A stretch of DNA of 64,000 nt, taken from positions 4,714 to 68,713 of the IMG/VR virus record IMGVR_UViG_3300025009_000088; one strand, given 5' to 3'. The DNA is from a virus. Position numbers and translations under genes: made by a program. Below, piece after piece: positions 10,510-19,218 of this stretch (position 1 is the stretch's first letter; every line of letters begins with the position of its first letter). Below the pieces are notes generated by a model. That model had not been told where the DNA came from. It made no database searches and worked only from the letters and a program-made list of their open reading frames with translations.

Positions 10510-10992
10510 ATGACAAAAGAAATCAAACTTACACAAGGACAAGTCGCGCTGGTGGATGATTGGCGGTTTGACGAACTCAATTAATACAAATGGTATGCGC
10601 AACGGGATTTGAATTCTACGTTGTATCGCGCCGTGCGAGTAGAGCGCGATTTTTTCGGGAAGAAAAAGACGGTTTTTATGCACCGCGTTGTTGCTAGAAC
10701 TCCAAATAACATGCAAACCGACCACGTAGATCGCAACCCGCTAAACAATACCGAAAAAAACTTGCGCGCTTGCACGGTATCTCAGAATCAGCGAAATCGC
10801 GGCAAGGCCGCCAATAATACGTCTGGATATAAGGGCGTAGCGGCTCACGGAAAAGGTTGGGAGGCAAAAATTAAAGTCAACAATAAAATACACCATCTCG
10901 GAACATACGCCACGGTTGAACTCGCCGCTCGCGCTTATGACGAGGCGGCAAAGCAATTACATGGAGAGTTCGCTCGCCTAAATTTCCCCTGA
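10510..10992 (+). pseudogene. HNH-AP2 homing endonuclease with in-frame TAA at codon 25
   Basis: GGAG RBS then MTKEIKLTQGQVALVDD..LN*YKWYA; MHR..DHVDRNPLNN..NLR HNH motif; SGYKGV..W..LG.Y...AARAYD.AA..LHGEFA.LNF AP2 domain; TAA at 10582-10584. Confidence 0.85.
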
Positions 10993-11007
10993 GATTTATA
11001 GTACGGA

Positions 11008-11463
11008 CTAAACCTTCCTCGCCATACTTCTAATTACCAGCCTTATGTTTCTACCAACAGAGTCTCTAAGTTCTGCCTTATTTTGTTCTCTGTGCTTGTC
11101 CTTCGCTGGTTGCAAGAACGGTCTTTTTTCCATGCCCGGATGATTTACGTGTTCCGTTTTTATGATTTGTCCGGCAAACGCGTTTGTTCCTTCAAACACC
11201 AGAAGCGGAGCATTTCTAGCGTCTATGCCATGAGGTTTTGCGCCTCTCTCAAATATTACTGCCTGCGGAGCAATGTTTGTGTCGAGCCAGATTGTAATAG
11301 ACGCAGTATCTTTGGTTGCGCTGACGTTACCGACTTTTATAGACTTCGGAATTCTTGTGCTTCCGGTTCCCTTTGCAAATCCCCTCGCGCTGGCGGCGAT
11401 ACGATTGGCAATCTTTAGCAGAACGCCCTGAGGAACAATGTCCGAGGCTTGAATAGATTTCAT
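11008..11463 (-). CDS. HK97 gp10-like neck/tail completion protein
   Basis: 'FERGAKPH.I...VNHPGM..RPFLQPA' motif. Confidence 0.75.
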   Translation of the reverse strand: MKSIQASDIVPQGVLLKIANRIAASARGFAKGTGSTRIPKSIKVGNVSATKDTASITIWLDTNIAPQAVIFERGAKPHGIDARNAPLLVFEGTNAFAGQIIKTEHVNHPGMEKRPFLQPAKDKHREQNKAELRDSVGRNIRLVIRSMARKV

Positions 11464-11849
11464 TGATAATTATTTCCGTGAGTATTTTCGACCCTTTGGA
11501 GATTTAGGATGAGATACCTGCGCGGGTCGGATGGATGAAAGTTTGACTCTTGTATATTCACAATACGGAACATCTTGAGATAGTGGTTGCTATTGGAGGG
11601 GTTGGTAATTTGCAGGAAGTGTTTTCGTTCCACCAATTGCATCCCTGGTTGTGGATGAACAACCGCAGAGAAGAGCTTGGATGTCTCGAATCCTTGAATG
11701 GCAAGATCGAGGGAGTTTCGGCTGTTCTCCATGCGCAACCTAACATTATCATACACCACCGTACCGGACGGCTCCGCGCCTCCAACCTCATCATCATTTG
11801 AGAACGAGTAAGATATTATGTTGCAGAGAAGAACAAGTCCGGCTACCAA
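11460..11849 (-). CDS. Head closure / head-tail joining protein
   Basis: 'DDEVGG' N-terminal turn, size and position. Confidence 0.55.
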   Translation of the reverse strand: MVAGLVLLCNIISYSFSNDDEVGGAEPSGTVVYDNVRLRMENSRNSLDLAIQGFETSKLFSAVVHPQPGMQLVERKHFLQITNPSNSNHYLKMFRIVNIQESNFHPSDPRRYLILNLQRVENTHGNNYQ

Positions 11850-11861
11850 AGTAAAATCTCC

Positions 11862-12545
11862 TTATCTATGAAAACTCAATCCAGAACGCGCTCTGTATTT
11901 CTTTACCAGCCTTGCGGCTCTTTGCGCAAGCGCAGAAGAACCAAATGCGCTTCTTCCGAGTTTTACTCTTTGTTCTGAGTATGACTGGTTTGAGAAGCTC
12001 TGTATTCCAATGTCGCCAACTCCTTCGTTTGACAACGATACATCAAATTCATTGAGGTTGATCTGAGCGGCAATCGACAAAGCCGCAAGCATGGATGGAT
12101 TATATACAGTTCCGCTTGCAAATCCGCTTTCATACGCTATCTGAATATTATACGGAGGGTAGCCAACGGCGCTTCCGCAACTTCCGCAAAGAAGCATATA
12201 TGAAACGTCAACGTAACCGTGTTGTGCGTTCATAATCGCGGCACATCCAGACGTAGTATTAACCTCGCACGAATTGAGCCAATTAATATCGGAAACGATA
12301 ATGTTTTTGATGCTTAGGATGTGACCGTAATCAAGCACAAACGGATTTCCGCCGTTCCATTGATATGTTCCGGTTACGATTGTTGGAACAAGGAACGTGT
12401 TTAGATGCTCGACCATCTGCTCTTCTGCAAGCAAATAAGCGGCAGAGCGTTGTTGGGCAGTAGACGTTCCTACTTGTCCGCCATATTGAAGAAATATGTC
12501 GTCTGTCAAAATTAGCGCGGAGTTATATGGATATTCTTGCATCAA
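11862..12545 (-). CDS. Head-tail adaptor (connector)
   Basis: 'AEEQ...L', 'IAYESGF', 'IQSFSNQSYSE' and C-terminal 'LVKKYR' pattern; position. Confidence 0.65.
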   Translation of the reverse strand: MMQEYPYNSALILTDDIFLQYGGQVGTSTAQQRSAAYLLAEEQMVEHLNTFLVPTIVTGTYQWNGGNPFVLDYGHILSIKNIIVSDINWLNSCEVNTTSGCAAIMNAQHGYVDVSYMLLCGSCGSAVGYPPYNIQIAYESGFASGTVYNPSMLAALSIAAQINLNEFDVSLSNEGVGDIGIQSFSNQSYSEQRVKLGRSAFGSSALAQRAARLVKKYRARSGLSFHR

Positions 12546-12549
12546 TCAC

Positions 12550-13503
12550 CTACGATAGAGAGTATGTCTCTGTGTCATAAATTAGCGCATCTGTGCTACC
12601 GGCAAGCAAAATAGTTCCGCTTGGGGTGAGGGCTTTTACGTCGTATGAGTAGTCTCCAACTTCCAAAAGACTTGTCACATCATCTTCAATAGACCATGCG
12701 ATTGTTCCAGACGAGCTTGCGATCAGCGCACCTCTAGTTCTGTTTGCTCCTGCGGGTTCTTTGTTTATAAACACAAGACCGTCCAGCGCGGGGTCTGCTG
12801 GATTTCTTACTGCGACTTGAAGTTGAGACTTTGCGTCTGTGTCTGTCTTTAATCGCTTGATGGTTGCGTAAATCTTAGTCCAGTTGGTAGGAATTGACAA
12901 TCCGGTAATCACCGCGTCGAAGTCCACGTTTCTTGCAATTGCCAGCTCAGAGTTTTCAATTGCAGAGACAATCTGCGTAGCCGGAGTTGTCAGCGTTCTT
13001 GTGGTTGCAATTGTGCTGTCCCACACTTTCTGTGCAATATCATCTTTGTCTGCTTCTGAAACAGTGGCGGCGGGTACGTTTGTTAGAGTTGTCACAGTCG
13101 GAACGGTAATTCCAGATAACGTGGTTGGCGCAGTAGCCTGTTTGACATTATCAAAATCAAGTCCGACCTCCCCAGTTTCGGAAATATCAACTGTCCGGTC
13201 GGCAACAGTCGGGCGCAGGGCGTGGATGTCGAAATATGTCCACATCGCCGCCACTTCGTTCTGGTCAACCGTGCCTGCAGTGATGGCAGTGAAAACATAG
13301 TCATACAGCGTCAGGTCAGCACCAGTCAAAACATAACCGTACAGCCCTCTACGTCCCACCGCGATGCTATTTGCACCACCTGTTACCAATGCCGAGCGCG
13401 TCCCATCCGAGCGCGTGATCTGCTCCACATCCCATGTCACCGTCAGTCCATTAACTCCCACTTTAGAAAGCGTGAATTGTGCATAAGCGCAAATTGTCGT
13501 CAT
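12550..13503 (-). CDS. Hypothetical Thr-rich structural protein
   Basis: 317-aa ORF in virion operon; 'DIAQKVWD' and BppU-like C-terminal 'GDYSYDVK' motif. Confidence 0.55.
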   Translation of the reverse strand: MTTICAYAQFTLSKVGVNGLTVTWDVEQITRSDGTRSALVTGGANSIAVGRRGLYGYVLTGADLTLYDYVFTAITAGTVDQNEVAAMWTYFDIHALRPTVADRTVDISETGEVGLDFDNVKQATAPTTLSGITVPTVTTLTNVPAATVSEADKDDIAQKVWDSTIATTRTLTTPATQIVSAIENSELAIARNVDFDAVITGLSIPTNWTKIYATIKRLKTDTDAKSQLQVAVRNPADPALDGLVFINKEPAGANRTRGALIASSSGTIAWSIEDDVTSLLEVGDYSYDVKALTPSGTILLAGSTDALIYDTETYSLS

Positions 13504-13847
13504 TTCAAAACCTCCGGCTGCCTGTCCAAATAATGTTTAATAACCTTGCGGCTCATCTCCGCACCCTTCGCGTTCGTTTCAACAATCGTGATGGTATCCA
13601 CTGGCGCATTTTTTATTGCGTCATAATACGTCCATGTGATCGTCTTGCCGCTTACCACCGCACCAGTCTCCACATCCCGGACGGTTTGTATCTCGCTCTC
13701 AATCTGCCCATCCTTGCGATATTTGCGGACTGGCTCATCGAATACCTTGTCGCTTCCGCCATTCAGTTGAATCAGCGCATCCCGTTTTGTCGGGACGATT
13801 ACTGCCTGAAGTTGTGCAAGTGTTTGTGTTTTGGGGTTAGGTAACAT
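13500..13847 (-). CDS. Hypothetical protein
   Basis: Translationally coupled to both neighbours. Confidence 0.6.
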   Translation of the reverse strand: MLPNPKTQTLAQLQAVIVPTKRDALIQLNGGSDKVFDEPVRKYRKDGQIESEIQTVRDVETGAVVSGKTITWTYYDAIKNAPVDTITIVETNAKGAEMSRKVIKHYLDRQPEVLK

Positions 13848-14665
13848 TATCCACCTCGGACAAGAAGGGCGGTTCGCGCAGTTGCCTTATCCAGAGATGA
13901 TAAAGTTCCGCTGGTTGGGTAAAATTGAAGTACGGCAGTAGTCGCATTAGCCTGTGTCGTTGAGTGCCAACAGTTAGTAGTCGGAGTTGGGAACGCAGTG
14001 CTGTTTCTGATTACAGCAGGGACTTCATAATCCCATATGCTGATTATTTCAAATAAATTTGGTATTCTCCAATCTGTATATCCTCCAAGCGAGGCGGCAT
14101 TGGCAGCAGCGCAAAAAGCAAAAATATCATAGACCTGCCCCGTCCAAGGCATGGCTCCACTTCCTGCTATACCCATCTTTGCACTTTGGTATCTCAGCCA
14201 CGTCAGCCCCGTGACATTATCCAGCACTGTATTGTTGCTGATTGCATCCCTCTTCGCCACCGTGATGCTCGCTCCCGCACTCTCATCAGTCGGGGCAGTT
14301 GTCAGCACCACCTTGTCCGCTGTCGCGGATGCCGTTGTCCACACCGCATTATTCGCGGGAACGGATGACCCGCTCACCACGATGGTCTCTCCTCCCGCCG
14401 CTTTGAACACGCCGCATTGACCCGTGCATCGCAGTTCTTTGGTTGCATTGTCGAATGAGATGCCAGTATTTACAAGGTGCGCTAAATCCACATTGGTCGT
14501 CCCCGCCTGCGCACCTGTTGTATTGACCGTGTAACTCTTGGCAGTCCCCTTCTGATAATACCCGTCATCTAGTTCAGATGAGTACTGCGTGGTCTGCCCG
14601 GTCTTCAGCAACCCGCCTCCTCCAGCCGAGACTGGTCGCCCTATCGCTAATGGTATTTGTTGCAT
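13847..14665 (-). CDS. DUF1566 (Lcl C-terminal, CLec-like) domain protein
   Basis: 'KTGQT', 'TVLDNVTGLTW', 'GGYTDWRIPN..E', 'W.STT', C-terminal 'VRGG'. Confidence 0.8.
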   Translation of the reverse strand: MQQIPLAIGRPVSAGGGGLLKTGQTTQYSSELDDGYYQKGTAKSYTVNTTGAQAGTTNVDLAHLVNTGISFDNATKELRCTGQCGVFKAAGGETIVVSGSSVPANNAVWTTASATADKVVLTTAPTDESAGASITVAKRDAISNNTVLDNVTGLTWLRYQSAKMGIAGSGAMPWTGQVYDIFAFCAAANAASLGGYTDWRIPNLFEIISIWDYEVPAVIRNSTAFPTPTTNCWHSTTQANATTAVLQFYPTSGTLSSLDKATARTALLVRGG

Positions 14666-14780
14666 GATTCGACCTCCTGCGGAAACAGTCTGCTAAACGG
14701 TGCTTGAAATGGTGCTGAAAATGTCATGCAATAATTATCGCATATCTTTTAGTAAAACGAAAGACGCAGAAATGGGGTTA

Positions 14781-15602
14781 TTAGAAGTATGTCCAACTAT
14801 CGTTGAAGAAAAGGCTTCCTTTTCGCTGTCGCAAGATCATCTTGTTTTGCTCAAACGGTGCTTTGATTTTCTGGCTTATAAATGTCTCGCCTACGTGATG
14901 AGTTGCGGTTGCTTCTGTGTCAATAAACACCTTGTGTCCTTGCTGTCGGATTTCAAGATTTAGGTCTACATCTTCGAAGTATCCCATTCCATATCCTTCA
15001 AAAAAACCGCCCGCTTTGTTGAAAACACTTCTTCGGACAATAAAGCACGCACCAGTAACCGAAATTGTCTCACGAGATATGTTGCATTTTGGATTGTCTG
15101 GGTTCCAACCAACCAACGGATGAACAACTTCTCCGTGAATATCAATGGCGTGTCCAATGTGCTGAACTTTTCCAGCAGGTCGTCCTGGGTCTGTGCTGTC
15201 TATTGGAAAGATAAGTTTCAGACCGCAGATACCGATTGTGGGATCGTCCATCCTTCGTATGAGTTTCTCAACCGCTCCTTTGTGAAGAATAACGTCATCG
15301 CTTACGAATAAGACAAGCGGGGAATTTCCTGCTCGGATAACTCGATTTGCGCCGTAAGGATAACCCTTGTTCTGCGGACTTTTATCTACTCGAATATCCC
15401 GACAACCAAGAATATTGTCATACGCAACCTTTGTTTCTTCTGGAACTCCGTTTCTGAAAGCGTACAGCTTGCTTGGAATTTCCGCAGTTTCGGTACATAT
15501 TGCTTGAACGCACTTCTCAAATATCTTTGGGTCTATCGCCCCCGCCGTTAGTATCGCTACGTCCAGAAGCGTGTTTTGTGCCTTCTCGTGCTTTTTTCTC
15601 AT
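14781..15602 (-). CDS. Glycosyltransferase family 2
   Basis: 'N.GY..GAN', 'LFVSDD', 'VTGACFIVRR..F...GGF', 'YFEDVDL'. Confidence 0.9.
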   Translation of the reverse strand: MRKKHEKAQNTLLDVAILTAGAIDPKIFEKCVQAICTETAEIPSKLYAFRNGVPEETKVAYDNILGCRDIRVDKSPQNKGYPYGANRVIRAGNSPLVLFVSDDVILHKGAVEKLIRRMDDPTIGICGLKLIFPIDSTDPGRPAGKVQHIGHAIDIHGEVVHPLVGWNPDNPKCNISRETISVTGACFIVRRSVFNKAGGFFEGYGMGYFEDVDLNLEIRQQGHKVFIDTEATATHHVGETFISQKIKAPFEQNKMILRQRKGSLFFNDSWTYF

Positions 15603-15735
15603 GTTTGTTCCTATTCTTTTTGTTTAGTTTTTGTATGCAGGATGAGCATAGGAAATCTCCAAAGATGTCAAATGCGCCAAACTCGCCGCAGACATCGCAA
15701 ACCTCATCCTCAAGATATGGGAAGTCCCTGTTCAT
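15517..15735 (-). CDS. Possible small zinc-finger protein
   Basis: CDVC...CSSC and GGAG RBS, but 3' end overlaps next gene by ~85 nt. Confidence 0.35.
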   Translation of the reverse strand: MNRDFPYLEDEVCDVCGEFGAFDIFGDFLCSSCIQKLNKKNRNKHEKKAREGTKHASGRSDTNGGGDRPKDI

Positions 15736-16888
15736 CGACAACCTCTCCTATGGCTTTTGCAAGTTGCTCGGCTGGAACATTCCAATTCATCTGCTCAACA
15801 AACTCCCTCGCTCTTGCAATTACACCGTGTAAATTCTCTTTGTTTTCGCTGATATAGGATAGTTCCTGCACGGCAACAAACTTGTTTATAAAGTACCTGT
15901 TCTGGTTTCCGAACGGGTCAATCATTTGGTATTCTGGTTCAACAATAAACCCTCGCCCATCTTTGAGCAGTTCGCGGATTGCGCCAACTTTGTTAGCGAC
16001 TATCGGAATACCAACCGCCATCGCCTCCATTACCGGGATGCCCAAGCCTTCCCCCTTTGAGCAAAGCAGAAATGCGTCTGACGCAACGTACAGCATATAT
16101 AACTCCATAAACGGAAGTCCAGACTTGAAAACTCGCAGATCGGATGAAATTCCAAGGCGCATGGCAAGATCGTACAGTTTCCAGCCAACCATGCTATCTT
16201 CTCTTGTTACAAGAACGTGCTTTACCTTTACCTTATGAACTCTTTTCAATTCTGAGATTATTTCCAATCCAGCAGAGAGGTTCTTTCTTTCCTGGTTGTC
16301 TGCAACCGTTAGGACAACGAAATCATCCTCTTCGAAACCAAGCGTTTTGCGAATGGATAAATACTCCTCGTTTGTGCGAAGTCTCCACGAGTTAGTGTCT
16401 ATTCCAACTTTTAGATGCTCTGCGTTTACTCCCGCCTTCTTAGCCTCTTCTGTTCCAAATTCAGATATGAAGAAAACCTTGTTCATTTGACCAAGTAAGT
16501 TAGCCCAAGTCATGCAAAGCGGTTCGCTTTCAAGCGGAGTGATACAAATATATTTTATTCCCAACTTCTTTGCGACTGGAAAAAACATCTCCTGGAAAAA
16601 GTGAATATCGAGCGCAACCACAACAACATCTGGTTTCCACATATATTTTAGGTTGTTTAGAACACCCGCCGCGTCTCTTGGCGAACCGCACGGAACGAGA
16701 GAGAATGTACCGCCATGTTCCTGCCCTGTATATCCTATTCCAAGAGCCTTTACATCGTGTCCCATTTCCTGTAGTTTTTGACACAATGCCATGCCAATTC
16801 CAGAATAGCCACTGCGCGCAGTAGCCACTCCGTTTTGTTTCTCGCCTAGAGAGAAGTCTGATATATAAACAATTTTATACTTATCCAT
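15710..16888 (-). CDS. Glycosyltransferase family 4 (GT-B)
   Basis: 'NQERKN', 'SDAFLLCSKGEGLGIPVMEAMAVGIPIV' (EX7E); start at MDKYK. Confidence 0.9.
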   Translation of the reverse strand: MDKYKIVYISDFSLGEKQNGVATARSGYSGIGMALCQKLQEMGHDVKALGIGYTGQEHGGTFSLVPCGSPRDAAGVLNNLKYMWKPDVVVVALDIHFFQEMFFPVAKKLGIKYICITPLESEPLCMTWANLLGQMNKVFFISEFGTEEAKKAGVNAEHLKVGIDTNSWRLRTNEEYLSIRKTLGFEEDDFVVLTVADNQERKNLSAGLEIISELKRVHKVKVKHVLVTREDSMVGWKLYDLAMRLGISSDLRVFKSGLPFMELYMLYVASDAFLLCSKGEGLGIPVMEAMAVGIPIVANKVGAIRELLKDGRGFIVEPEYQMIDPFGNQNRYFINKFVAVQELSYISENKENLHGVIARAREFVEQMNWNVPAEQLAKAIGEVVDEQGLPIS

Positions 16889-17897
16889 TGAGTACCCGTT
16901 TATCCCATTCTGCAAGAATTGTGTTTAGTGAAAATCTCTCTCTTGCCAGCTTGCTAAGATTTGCTTGTATGTTTGGAAGTTCTGGATTTTGCAAATACGA
17001 AATAGTTTTCTCGATAAATATTCCTTGCGTTCTTATTGGATGTCCTTCGATAACCACTCCCATATTAGTTGTTTTCATAGCGCCCGCGTCCGACGTGATT
17101 GGCAATACGCCAGCCACCTGCGACTCTGCTACTGCAATGGCGAATAGCTCGTCGTAGGTTCCGGGGTAGAAGTGTATCTGCGCTTTTTGCTGTTCCTGTA
17201 TAAGTCGCTCTCTCGGAACCGCCCCAAGAAACTGAACATTCTTTGAGTTGATAAACCTTGCAACATACCCAGAATTTCCAGGAGAGCCGTTTCCCCATAA
17301 ACGATAATCAGATGTAATCACCAGAGAAATATCTGGAATTTTACTTTGCAGTATCGGATACATTCTCGCAACATGCTCCAAGCCCCTGTCTGGAACAGAA
17401 GTAAAGATAAGACGATTTGGAACTTTTTCCTGCGGACTATTATACTCCCAATCTCTTACGGGAAGGTCAATATGAATTGACTTGTCAATATTGTATCTTT
17501 GCTTGAAATACTCCGAGTGAAACGGAGATATTGTCACTACTGCGTCTGCGATTGTTGAAAAATGTGCGAAGTCTCCGGTTGTGTACTGATCGCAGGAAAA
17601 GAAAATGATTTTGCCTTTCGCTTTATACGCTTTGGCGGTTGGCTCCCTGAAAACAATAAGAATGTCTCTCGCCTCGTCCTTGTAGAAATGTTCTACCGGA
17701 AGTTGTTCAAACGTCTCGCTAGCGCGCCTCGGATTGTTATATAGACGAATATCGTGTCCCTGATTGAACCAGCCCTCGCACAGCGTAAGTAGCGCAAGTT
17801 CAGAGCCGCCCACGCCCACGCGCCCATTCTTTCCATAAATATCGCTTGGAACAACGCCGTCAGTGGAACCCGCGCCACAAAGAATGTCAATTTTCAT
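16881..17897 (-). CDS. Glycosyltransferase family 4-like (GT-B)
   Basis: 'GGSE', 'FTSVPDRGL', 'ELFAIAVAESQVAG..PIT...GA'. Confidence 0.85.
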   Translation of the reverse strand: MKIDILCGAGSTDGVVPSDIYGKNGRVGVGGSELALLTLCEGWFNQGHDIRLYNNPRRASETFEQLPVEHFYKDEARDILIVFREPTAKAYKAKGKIIFFSCDQYTTGDFAHFSTIADAVVTISPFHSEYFKQRYNIDKSIHIDLPVRDWEYNSPQEKVPNRLIFTSVPDRGLEHVARMYPILQSKIPDISLVITSDYRLWGNGSPGNSGYVARFINSKNVQFLGAVPRERLIQEQQKAQIHFYPGTYDELFAIAVAESQVAGVLPITSDAGAMKTTNMGVVIEGHPIRTQGIFIEKTISYLQNPELPNIQANLSKLARERFSLNTILAEWDKRVLNG

Positions 17898-18610
17898 AAG
17901 ACCGCCCACTCTGGCAAAGGCTCTATTGAACCGCCAAACTCAAGAGGATGTAGCATTGTCGGGATTTGCCCAGACTCTCTATAGAACTTTAGCTTTTTTT
18001 CAACCATCTCGTCAGTTTGCCAAGGGCTGTGCAACAACGCGTAGGGCGGATATAAATTCAGCCTCTCGTTTTCTTGCGGAGAAAACGCTAATTCTTGATG
18101 ACTTTCCTCCCTGCTTACGCGGTCAGAGCGAAAGCGAAGTTGCGTTCCATTTCTCCACGCCCAAATTGATGGTTCAAAGTTTCCGGCTTTCAATGGTTGC
18201 GCTAATGCCGGAAAGTGACCCTCGTTCTTCCAAAGAAACAGGCGGGTTACGAAGATATAGTTTTTTTGTGTTTCCGTCATTATTTTTCTTGCGTCTTCTT
18301 TTACGGTTTTGTTTGGAAAACAATCGCAATCATCGAAAATTATCCAATCCGCGCTCTCTCCGATAAACGCCCAATCTATAAGAAAATTGCAATGAGAGCC
18401 GTGTGGATTTCTTGTAATTCCATTTTGCATCTCTACGAAAACATCGTAGTTTCTTACTTCGACGTTTTTGAAACTATTCGCTATTTGTATTGTGTCATCT
18501 CGACTCCCGCCGTCGGCAACAAGGATTTTGTCTGCCCATGTATAGCTTTCGCAGAACCTTGCAATGTTTATTTCTTCGTCTTTCGTCCTAACCGCTACGC
18601 AAATTTTCAT
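17894..18610 (-). CDS. Glycosyltransferase family 2
   Basis: 'KDEE.NI', 'VADGGSRDDT', 'DWIIFDDCD' DxD motif. Confidence 0.85.
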   Translation of the reverse strand: MKICVAVRTKDEEINIARFCESYTWADKILVADGGSRDDTIQIANSFKNVEVRNYDVFVEMQNGITRNPHGSHCNFLIDWAFIGESADWIIFDDCDCFPNKTVKEDARKIMTETQKNYIFVTRLFLWKNEGHFPALAQPLKAGNFEPSIWAWRNGTQLRFRSDRVSREESHQELAFSPQENERLNLYPPYALLHSPWQTDEMVEKKLKFYRESGQIPTMLHPLEFGGSIEPLPEWAVL

Positions 18611-19218
18611 TTTCTTTTCTCCAGCAAAAACCAATATTCTATTTCTTCGTCCCTTGCGTCTTTTTCAACCCCCATTCTGTATATTTTTGTTTTTTGATAA
18701 ACAACATCAAATCCAGCAACGTCAAACAGGTTTTCCCACTGTTCTGAATCCAAAACAAAATAATGATTTCTGCCTTTGCGCCCCCAATAATCAGGACAAG
18801 GAAGCACAAGCGCAACGTATTTCTTTGAAACCCTGTACCATTCCGTCAATGTAAGAAGCGGCATTGGACTATGCTCAAGAGAATGTCTTGCATAGAGCAT
18901 ATCATAGGTTTCGTTTTCAAACGGAAGAAAAGTGAAATCGCAATTCATCACGTTTTTGCCATTTTTCAATGCAATTTCGTAATCTTCCCCAAGACAAATT
19001 CCAACATAATCCAGCCCGTAGTTTGTAAAGAAGCCCTGACAAAACGCTTGACCACAACCAAGATCAAGAACGGATTGAACATTGGTTGAATTTCTTGTAA
19101 ATTCAAGTATGCTTTCCGCCGCCCAAATAGTGTGGTTTTCGTCCGGGGGTTGCGGGTAAATATCTTTGATAAGTTTTTGAAGATATTTGTCTATGTTAGA
19201 GTAGTTTCTTCCGTTCAC
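18607..19218 (-). CDS. Class I SAM-dependent methyltransferase
   Basis: 'VLDLGCGQ', 'DF..LPF..E.YD', 'HSLEH', 'E.YRV'. Confidence 0.9.
   Translation of the reverse strand: MNGRNYSNIDKYLQKLIKDIYPQPPDENHTIWAAESILEFTRNSTNVQSVLDLGCGQAFCQGFFTNYGLDYVGICLGEDYEIALKNGKNVMNCDFTFLPFENETYDMLYARHSLEHSPMPLLTLTEWYRVSKKYVALVLPCPDYWGRKGRNHYFVLDSEQWENLFDVAGFDVVYQKTKIYRMGVEKDARDEEIEYWFLLEKRK

Noticed and set aside
10582-10584. Genome-wide stop-codon reassignment (TAA to Gln)
   Set aside because: TAA terminates many well-formed genes, including TAATG-coupled pairs; this is a single lesion.
13847-14040. Active diversity-generating retroelement
   Set aside because: No reverse transcriptase, Avd or template repeat visible in the window; many codons at would-be variable positions do not end in a pyrimidine as AAY-derived codons would.
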